From contig JBDHJS010000057.1 in the NCBI GenBank assembly GCA_039586795.1, positions 1-19,211 on the forward strand: 19,211 bases of DNA, read 5' to 3'. The translations under genes and the position numbers were made by a program. Position 1 is the stretch's first letter. Every line of letters begins with the position of its first letter. The stretch comes from Gemmatimonadota bacterium. GTDB lineage: Bacteria > Gemmatimonadota > Gemmatimonadetes > Palauibacterales > KS3-K002. This document shows positions 9,239-15,728 of the stretch, one piece after another. Under the pieces are notes generated by a model, which was given only the letters and a program-made list of their open reading frames with translations, did not search any database and was not told the origin of the DNA.

Positions 9239-10012
9239 ATGCAGAACGACGCTCATATCACAGTCCGCGACCTGACGATGGCCTACGGCGATTTCGTCCT
9301 CATGCGCGATCTTGATTTTGAGATCAAGCGCGGTGATGTGTTCGTCATCATGGGCGGCAGCGGGTGCGGTAAGAGCACTCTACTGCGTCACCTGATAGGC
9401 CTGAAAGAGCCAGCTAAAGGCGAGATCTACTACGGCAGCGAGAACTTCACTGAAGCGCCCAAGGCGCGCCGCGATGAGATCCTGCGGCGTACCGGCGTGC
9501 TCTATCAAAGCGGCGCGCTGTGGAGTTCCATGACTCTGGCTGAGAACGTTGCACTGCCACTCGGCGAGTTCACCGACTTGAACCCCGCGGAGATACGCGA
9601 GATCGCATCCCTTAAACTGGCCCTCGTCGGTCTCAAAGGCTTCGAGGATTACTACCCTTCTCAGATCAGCGGGGGGATGCAGAAACGCGCCGGATTGGCC
9701 CGCGCCATGGCGCTTGATCCCGAGATTCTCTACTTCGACGAGCCCTCGGCCGGGCTAGACCCGATCAGCTCCAAGCTGCTCGACGACCTGATACTAGAAC
9801 TGAAAGACAGTCTCGGGTCGACGGTTGTCGTTGTCACCCATGAGTTATCCAGCATCTTTGCCATTGCTACGGATAGCGTCTTTCTCGACCCAGAGAGTCG
9901 TACGATGCTGGCCACCGGCTCGCCGGTGGAACTGCGGGATCACTCGGACAACCTCAAGGTACGTCGCTTCCTGCTCAGAGGAGAGTTGGAAAACGGCGAG
10001 GAGGTAGCATGA
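9239..10012 (+). CDS. mlaF: MlaF-family ABC transporter ATP-binding protein
   Basis: Walker A is GGSGCGKST, the Q-loop is YQSGAL, the signature is ISGGMQKRAGLARA, Walker B/D-loop is LYFDEPSAGLDP and the H-loop is VTH. The gene lies between mlaE and the MCE gene. Confidence 0.93.
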   Translation: MQNDAHITVRDLTMAYGDFVLMRDLDFEIKRGDVFVIMGGSGCGKSTLLRHLIGLKEPAKGEIYYGSENFTEAPKARRDEILRRTGVLYQSGALWSSMTLAENVALPLGEFTDLNPAEIREIASLKLALVGLKGFEDYYPSQISGGMQKRAGLARAMALDPEILYFDEPSAGLDPISSKLLDDLILELKDSLGSTVVVVTHELSSIFAIATDSVFLDPESRTMLATGSPVELRDHSDNLKVRRFLLRGELENGEEVA

Positions 10013-10968
10013 AGAAGGCGAGCCCGACGCTCATCGGAGGCTTCGTCGTGGGCGCCGTCACTTTGATCGTCGGCGGTTTGATGTTGTTCGGATCGGGACC
10101 GCTGTTTCGAACGTCTTACAGCTTCGTTTCCTACTTCGACCAATCGGTCGCCGGTCTGCGCACCGGCGCGCCCGTGAAATTCCGCGGAGTGGAGGTGGGC
10201 CGGGTGACCGGTGTGTTCCTCGACTTCGGTGAACGGGAAGATCAAGACGATACCAGCATTCCTGTGACGTTCGAGATCTTTGATGACCTGATCCAAGAGC
10301 GCGGCGGAAGCGCCGATCTGGACGATCCCGAATGGTGGGCTGACGTTTTAGCCATGGGCATGCGTGCGCAGCTTCAGACGGAAAGCATCGTCACCGGTCG
10401 GCTCTACCTATCGCTCGATGTCCATCCCGGCACAGAAGCCGTATTCCGTGGCGGCCCTCACTCGCCGTATCCCGAGGTGCCCACGTTGCCAACGACATTC
10501 GCGCAGATCGAACAACAGGTCACACGGTTCGTCAGCGAACTCGAGACCATCCCCCTCGACTCGATCGGTCAGTCTCTCGCCAGCCTATTGAACGGGCTCG
10601 ATCAGCTGGCCAATTCGCCTGCGATTAAGGAGACGCTCGAATCGCTTGACGAGACGCTGCGCAGCACGAGCCGTATGATGGTCCGCCTCGAGAACGTGCT
10701 CATTGATGTCGACAGTCAGGTCGCACCGTTAGCGGCGAACCTCGACACGCTTCGTATCGAAGGCGCTAATGCACTGCGCGAGGCCCGGCTCACTATGGAG
10801 GGAGTGCGTGTGCTACTGGAGCCCGGCGCTCCTATCAGCTACGAGCTGGAACAGACACTCAAGGAACTGGCAGACGCCGCTCGCTCGGTTCAGGCTCTTG
10901 TCGACTACCTGGAGCGAAACCCCTCCGCCCTGGTTCGCGGCAGAGAAGTCAAAGAGGAGAACCAATGA
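10009..10968 (+). CDS. mlaD: MlaD/PqiB-like MCE-domain protein with long C-terminal helical region
   Basis: It has an N-terminal TM anchor, an MCE domain (SVAGLRTGAPVKFRGVEVGRV, MRAQLQTESIVTGRLYLSL), a heptad-rich tail and the terminal LERNPSALVRGR motif. The start forms an ATGA overlap with mlaF and has a GAGGAGG RBS. Confidence 0.9.
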   Translation: MKKASPTLIGGFVVGAVTLIVGGLMLFGSGPLFRTSYSFVSYFDQSVAGLRTGAPVKFRGVEVGRVTGVFLDFGEREDQDDTSIPVTFEIFDDLIQERGGSADLDDPEWWADVLAMGMRAQLQTESIVTGRLYLSLDVHPGTEAVFRGGPHSPYPEVPTLPTTFAQIEQQVTRFVSELETIPLDSIGQSLASLLNGLDQLANSPAIKETLESLDETLRSTSRMMVRLENVLIDVDSQVAPLAANLDTLRIEGANALREARLTMEGVRVLLEPGAPISYELEQTLKELADAARSVQALVDYLERNPSALVRGREVKEENQ

Positions 10969-11600
10969 GACGCGCTTTATACGTGTCGATCGCGATCTTT
11001 TTCACGGCCACAGCCTCTGTGTTGTCGAGCTGCTCGCCGCTTAGCCCTCAGGCCGACCCGTCCAGGTTCTACGTATTGGGCTGGTCGATCAGTGACGAGG
11101 AGCGTGCTACCCGGAAGCTCGATAATGTGGTCGTGGGACTCGGGCCGTTCCAGCTGGCCCCTTACCTCGATCGCCCGCAAATCGTGACCCGCGTCGCGGC
11201 AAACGAAGTCAGCGTATCCCAGATAGATCGCTGGGCCGAGCCGCTCGACGAAGCTATCCAGGCGTTGGTGCAGCAGAACCTCCTCGTGATAGTTGACCCA
11301 GCCGAGCTGGTGCCACATCCCTGGACCTCGGTTCGCGCGCCCGACTACTCGATCGTCTACGCCGTCAACCGCTTCGAGCGCAACTCGGATGGTGATGCGG
11401 AATTGACAGTACTCTGGGCTGTACGATATCCAAAGTCCGGGAAGCGCAGAGGCGAATTGCGCGAGTCAACGATCGTCGAGCCCGTCGGCTCGGAATCAAC
11501 TCAGGATCTGGTTCGCGGCTTGAGTCGCGCGCTGGCCCGGCTCAGTTTCGAGTTTGCAGAAGCGATTCAAGAAGCACACGCGAGTTCTGCCGGACAGTAG
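10965..11600 (+). CDS. PqiC-like ABC transport auxiliary lipoprotein
   Basis: Lipobox VLSSC, with motifs SRFYVL, LAPYLDRPQIVTR and DRWAEPL. The start forms an ATGA overlap with the MCE gene and has an AGGAG RBS. Confidence 0.88.
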   Translation: MRRALYVSIAIFFTATASVLSSCSPLSPQADPSRFYVLGWSISDEERATRKLDNVVVGLGPFQLAPYLDRPQIVTRVAANEVSVSQIDRWAEPLDEAIQALVQQNLLVIVDPAELVPHPWTSVRAPDYSIVYAVNRFERNSDGDAELTVLWAVRYPKSGKRRGELRESTIVEPVGSESTQDLVRGLSRALARLSFEFAEAIQEAHASSAGQ

Positions 11601-11605
11601 ACCGC

Positions 11606-12757
11606 CTACTCCTCTCCTGGCCCAGCATCGGCCAGCCACATGATCTGCGCATGGTGGTCGGAGCAGTAGGTTTCTTTGATGCGCCTATAGGACCCAGGCA
11701 CCAGCCGCAGTTCAGCGCTACCGCCCGCTCGGAAGAACAGATGGTCGGTGGGAAACCACGTGCGAGTCGCCATCCCACCCGGAGGAGGTGAATCGGGAAA
11801 GTACTCTCGAAGTCGACGTAGTGCCGTCTCTTCCTCCGACCAGGTGTTGATGTCGCCACCGGCCACAGTGGCGATCGGGTAACCTGCGAATCGCTCCGGG
11901 TCGCAAGCTGAACCGCACGATACGTCACCTCCACTGCGAGCTTTCTCTATCAGCACCAGGGCATCGATCAGGCCCAATGCCTGACGCAGGCGCGTCGAGT
12001 TGCCCGTTGTGAAGGTTCGATACAGGCTCGCTCCGACGTCGAGGTGTGTGTTCACCACACGCAGGCTATCGCCGTTCACCGTGCGCACGGTCGCAGCCAC
12101 CGTGACCTTGCGACTAGCCTCGAACGGCAGCTCGATCGCAATGAAGTCCGACAGCTGGAGGGTAGACAAGATGGCTATGCCACGCTCTTCCTTGAGCCCG
12201 TCCTCTACCTGATAGCCGTTCCGCTGCGTCGGAGCGTAGAAGAAGGCCAGACCGCAGCGACGAGCGATGTCCACGATATCGTCGTGTTCACCCGGAAACG
12301 GATCCGGCTGGATATGAGTGCTCCAGGGGCCGTTGTTGATGTCCGGTAGGTCCGATGACGCGCGCCTCGCCTCTTGAAGGAGCAGAACAAAGGGCGTCTC
12401 CGGCCACAGACGGACATCACCCTCGCACGCCAGACCGAGCTCACCTCTCAAGAACTCGACCAGATCTCCCCCACCGACGAACATGTTCCAGGTCACGACA
12501 GCCAGCGAGTCACCGATATCCCAACGAGGGAACTCTGCTCTGGGTACGGAATCGATGAATATCGGGCCGACGGTGGCGCACCACTCGTCATGCTTCTTCC
12601 GGTCCGACCCCTTTTCCGGGCCGTACCACTCAACCGGGGCGCCGTCGCTCATGCGCTCGGGACAACCGCCACTCGAAGCCTGCGGCCGCATCCCGTGGTT
12701 CACATTGCAGCCGTAGGCCAGGCATACCAGCGCCACCACGAACGCCCGGGTCCTCAA
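11606..12757 (-). CDS. Endonuclease/exonuclease/phosphatase (EEP) family lipoprotein
   Basis: The full catalytic motif series is present: VVTWNM, LLQEA, GIAILS, VVNTHL, GGDIN, DHLF, SDH. The TTG at 12757 overlaps the upstream TGA (TTGA) and gives the signal MRTRAFVVALVCLAYGC, which contains a lipobox. Confidence 0.85.
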   Translation of the reverse strand: MRTRAFVVALVCLAYGCNVNHGMRPQASSGGCPERMSDGAPVEWYGPEKGSDRKKHDEWCATVGPIFIDSVPRAEFPRWDIGDSLAVVTWNMFVGGGDLVEFLRGELGLACEGDVRLWPETPFVLLLQEARRASSDLPDINNGPWSTHIQPDPFPGEHDDIVDIARRCGLAFFYAPTQRNGYQVEDGLKEERGIAILSTLQLSDFIAIELPFEASRKVTVAATVRTVNGDSLRVVNTHLDVGASLYRTFTTGNSTRLRQALGLIDALVLIEKARSGGDVSCGSACDPERFAGYPIATVAGGDINTWSEEETALRRLREYFPDSPPPGGMATRTWFPTDHLFFRAGGSAELRLVPGSYRRIKETYCSDHHAQIMWLADAGPGEE

Positions 12758-13380
12758 AAGCCCACCCTCAGTGGCAGAACGATCTGGATCGTCGGGTCGT
12801 TCTCGTGGGCGTCGATGGACCTTATCACCCATCCCGCCAGGCCGCCGACCGCCATCCCCAGAAAACCCATCCCAACCGCGTCTGCTGTTTCGAACGACGG
12901 GACCGTTATTAGAAGGATCGACCCTACAGCCAGCCCACCGGCGAAGCCCAGCACGGCACCCACTGGTGCTGTGCCGATCGCCGCACCAATGCCAGCAGCG
13001 GTCGCAACATCAATCCAGCCGTATGGCGGAATCGCCTCTTTGAGCGCAAAGCCGACCACCCCACCGATCATTGCCCCGTAGGCCGCCCCACGGTAGGTGC
13101 TAACCACAGCGTCCTCATCTCCGGCCCCCATGTGGATCCCGGCTGCCATGCCGACCAGGCCCCCGAATATCGCCGCAACGCGAACACACTTCACGCCGGC
13201 TAGCGTCTGCGTGCACGGTATCAGGCTTCCCGCAGTGCCCAGCACAACACCGGAGTACACGCCGAGCACTCCCCCACCCACCCGGGCGAGGTCCGAGCCC
13301 GTCGCATCCTGAGCGTTAGCCGCAGCGGGGATGGACAACAGCAGTAGGCAGGCAATTGAGGACAGGATTCGACCGCGCAT
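12754..13380 (-). CDS. Exported glycine-zipper-rich membrane protein of unknown function (208 aa)
   Basis: The ATG at 13380 starts a signal peptide (MRGRILSSIACLLLLSIPAAANA). Several GxxxG hydrophobic helices follow, and the C-terminus is TIQIVLPLRVGF. Confidence 0.75.
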   Translation of the reverse strand: MRGRILSSIACLLLLSIPAAANAQDATGSDLARVGGGVLGVYSGVVLGTAGSLIPCTQTLAGVKCVRVAAIFGGLVGMAAGIHMGAGDEDAVVSTYRGAAYGAMIGGVVGFALKEAIPPYGWIDVATAAGIGAAIGTAPVGAVLGFAGGLAVGSILLITVPSFETADAVGMGFLGMAVGGLAGWVIRSIDAHENDPTIQIVLPLRVGF

Positions 13381-13397
13381 GACAGCCTTTACCACGA

Positions 13398-13430
13398 GAA
13401 GACGCCCTCGCTCGATGCGAGGGCGCCTCT
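13398..13430 (-). terminator. GC-rich hairpin between the DUF3943-like gene and the glycine-zipper gene (weak terminator or mRNA-stabilising stem)
   Basis: CGCCCTCGC (13403-13411) and GCGAGGGCG (13417-13425) form a perfect 9-bp stem with a 5-nt loop, extendable by G-U pairs on the minus strand. The minus-strand tail TCTTCT is only moderately U-rich. Confidence 0.5.
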
Positions 13431-13465
13431 CGGCTGGTCCAGACCAATAACGTCTTCCAGGCCGA

Positions 13466-15019
13466 CTAGTAGACGATGTCCCAGGTACCGTACAGACGAA
13501 CCTGCGGCACTCGTTGCTGGATATCATCGAACAGCTCGAACGTAAAGAAGCTGTCGCGAACATAGAAGACCGCGTCGGCACCGATGCCGAACGTGCTGGA
13601 GATAGGCACGCGACCCCGTAACGCCAGAGTCTGGATGATGTGGTCTGCATCTGAGCTTCCAGACCCATCTTCGAAGTTCACTACCGATCCGTTCAACGTG
13701 TGGATCCACTGCATACGGTAGTGTAGGGCCGCTATCTGTCGGCCGTTTAAAAACAGAAGACCGCTCGCGCGACCGCCCAACCCAGGACCGTAGTCGTACT
13801 CCCTCAACCGCTCCCTGTCTGGCAACTCGGCAACGAACGCATACTCTGAATTGACCGCACCCAGCAACAGCGCCGTAACATCGACTTGAGTGCGTAGCTG
13901 CAACTTATTCGACAACTGCCACCGCGAGAGCACGGCAGCACTGAAAGCCTGGCCGCCAAACTCCACAGCGTTGTTGTTCACGTAGTCGAAATTTTGCAGC
14001 ACGGCGAACGTATGGTCGACCTTCTCTGACGTCTTCAGCGGCTTGGAGTAGAGATTGCCGCGGATTTGCAGCCGCCCGATGCTCTGCTTGTCGCCGAAGT
14101 TCACCTGAAGGTTGAAGATGAAATACTCAAACGCATTTTGCCGACGCGGTAGCCACCCGTCTCCGTAGCTGTAGTCGACCTCGAAGAAGCCGGTGTAGTC
14201 GGACTCCTCAAAGAATTCCCCATCCGAGGAGGTCGTTTTCGACTCGATCACTCGAGCCCCGGCGGTCAGGGTGTTCGCGAGCCGGTCGGGTCTGCGCTCC
14301 TCGGGATTGGGGCCCACCTCGCCCGCGCGTCCGCTGAACAAGCGATTGACTCCGCGCACCGGGTTCAGAAGGAAGTTCCCTCCCTCCCGCAAGATTCGCT
14401 CGGTGCCCGTCGACTCGTTGTCCAAAACGGTCGAGCCCACCCGGTACAGCATCTCACCGATCACCGAACCGCCGATGCCGGTATTGATCCAGTCGTTGAT
14501 CGCTGGCGGGTGCGTTTCGCCGCAGCACTCCCACATGAAGCTGCCGGCCATGGCGAAGCCCAGCGACGGCCAGTAGCCGTAACCGTTGCTGCGGCCCGAA
14601 TTGAAGTAGGTGCTCCCGTGATACGGGTGGGCGAAGTTATTGTTGTTGAAGTGGTTGTCGTCGTACTCCCACCCGTTCTTGATGTTCTCGTACCAGCTCC
14701 GCGGGTTTACCTGAGTGAAGTTGGCACCCCGGATGTACTCGTTGTAAGCCCAGACGACCTGGTTGATGAAGATCACCTCACCGGCCGCCAGGGCGAAACT
14801 GCGTCGCGCGCCCCACGCATCGTACTTCGGTCCGTCCTGCGCGCCTGCGTTGTTCTTCGTGGTGTCTTCCTCAGTATCGACCGCCGTCACGCCAGCGACT
14901 GCCTCGATCGACACGGTCGGCTTCAGCACGTCCGCCGCATCGCGCTCCTGCGCGTAACTCATGGGCCCTGTGACTGACAGTAGTATGGCCAGGGCCGAAA
15001 CCGTCCGTAGCGTCCTCAT
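13466..15019 (-). CDS. DUF3943-like domain outer-membrane protein with probable C-terminal beta-barrel
   Basis: It has a signal peptide (MRTLRTVSALAILLSVTGPMSYA) and the motifs WEYDDNHFNNNNFAHPYHGSTYFNSGRSNGY, GSFMWECCGETHPPAIND and GEMLYR, which I recognise as DUF3943-like. The C-terminal half has alternating amphipathic strands and ends in Tyr. The start forms an ATGA overlap with the upstream gene and has a GGAG RBS. Confidence 0.78.
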   Translation of the reverse strand: MRTLRTVSALAILLSVTGPMSYAQERDAADVLKPTVSIEAVAGVTAVDTEEDTTKNNAGAQDGPKYDAWGARRSFALAAGEVIFINQVVWAYNEYIRGANFTQVNPRSWYENIKNGWEYDDNHFNNNNFAHPYHGSTYFNSGRSNGYGYWPSLGFAMAGSFMWECCGETHPPAINDWINTGIGGSVIGEMLYRVGSTVLDNESTGTERILREGGNFLLNPVRGVNRLFSGRAGEVGPNPEERRPDRLANTLTAGARVIESKTTSSDGEFFEESDYTGFFEVDYSYGDGWLPRRQNAFEYFIFNLQVNFGDKQSIGRLQIRGNLYSKPLKTSEKVDHTFAVLQNFDYVNNNAVEFGGQAFSAAVLSRWQLSNKLQLRTQVDVTALLLGAVNSEYAFVAELPDRERLREYDYGPGLGGRASGLLFLNGRQIAALHYRMQWIHTLNGSVVNFEDGSGSSDADHIIQTLALRGRVPISSTFGIGADAVFYVRDSFFTFELFDDIQQRVPQVRLYGTWDIVY

Positions 15020-15624
15020 GGTCTCCACACCACCCCTAGACGGGCGCTCCATGCGGTACCCTTACCGATCGGCTCGAGACCAATCGCGCTGAGGTCGATC
15101 TCATCGGTTGTGATGAAACTGAAGGAGCCGGAGACATCCACGCCAACATTCTCCGTGAAAAAGTACTCTAGACCGATCACCCCGGTGATATCGAGCCCGT
15201 TCACAGAGCTTCCCGGATTCTCGCCTTCCTCCGGTGGTTCGCCGAACGCATCGCCCTCAGGCCGATAGCGCACGATTCCCAGGCGGAGTTCGCCGTACGG
15301 CTGCAGATTCGACCCCGCGGGAAGCACCATCCAGGCCACCGTGCCGGTCGCCAGCACCTGGCTGACGCTCAAGCTGTCGTACGGCTGCACGATGTCGATT
15401 GAGGCTAGATTGATCGCAAGGCCGTAGCGGAAAGCGTTCGCCTGGTAAGCGAAGCCGAACTCGCCGACCACACCACCGTCCAGTACTTGGCCCAAGTCGC
15501 CGCTCATCCCTTTGTACCCCATGGCGAAATCGAACACGAGTCCGTTCTGGGCACTTAGGTCCGCGGGCCCCTGCCCCGAAAGACAAAGAGCCGCCAGCAA
15601 CGCCAGGCCTACACGTTTTAGCAA
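15016..15624 (-). CDS. Small outer-membrane beta-barrel protein (OmpA/OmpW-like 8-strand type)
   Basis: The TTG at 15624 has AAAGGAG 5 nt upstream and begins a signal peptide. Strand motifs are LQPYGELRLG, GVIGLEYFFTENVGVDV and the terminal WSARLGVVW. Confidence 0.8.
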   Translation of the reverse strand: MLKRVGLALLAALCLSGQGPADLSAQNGLVFDFAMGYKGMSGDLGQVLDGGVVGEFGFAYQANAFRYGLAINLASIDIVQPYDSLSVSQVLATGTVAWMVLPAGSNLQPYGELRLGIVRYRPEGDAFGEPPEEGENPGSSVNGLDITGVIGLEYFFTENVGVDVSGSFSFITTDEIDLSAIGLEPIGKGTAWSARLGVVWRP

Positions 15625-15656
15625 AACAGCTCCTTTCCTTGTATGGTTGGGACTGC

Positions 15657-15687
15657 GAAAAGCCCCCTCGCTCTCCGCCAGGGGGCT
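15657..15687 (-). terminator. Probable intrinsic terminator downstream of the hybrid kinase
   Basis: The minus strand reads AGCCCCCT-ggcggagagcg-AGGGGGCT-TTT, an 8-bp stem followed by a short U run. It begins about 40 nt after the kinase stop. Confidence 0.55.
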
Positions 15688-15688
15688 C

Positions 15689-15716
15689 AAGATAGCTTGC
15701 TGCTTAGGCCAAGCAA
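15689..15716 (-). promoter_or_regulatory. Candidate sigma70-type promoter for the minus-strand envelope cluster
   Basis: The minus strand reads TTGCTT-N16-TATCTT, about 65 nt upstream of the TTG at 15624. Confidence 0.4.
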
Positions 15717-15728
15717 GGCGTATACTGA

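Noticed and set aside
12374..13081. 235-aa plus-strand ORF, along with other long antisense ORFs such as 613-1260, 7305-7901 and 16842-17357
   Set aside because: These are shadow ORFs opposite well-supported genes, as expected in GC-rich DNA, and they have no recognisable motifs.
13381..13668. 96-aa N-terminal extension of the glycine-zipper ORF
   Set aside because: It overlaps the 3' end of the DUF3943-like gene and the intergenic hairpin. A clear signal peptide starts at ATG 13380.
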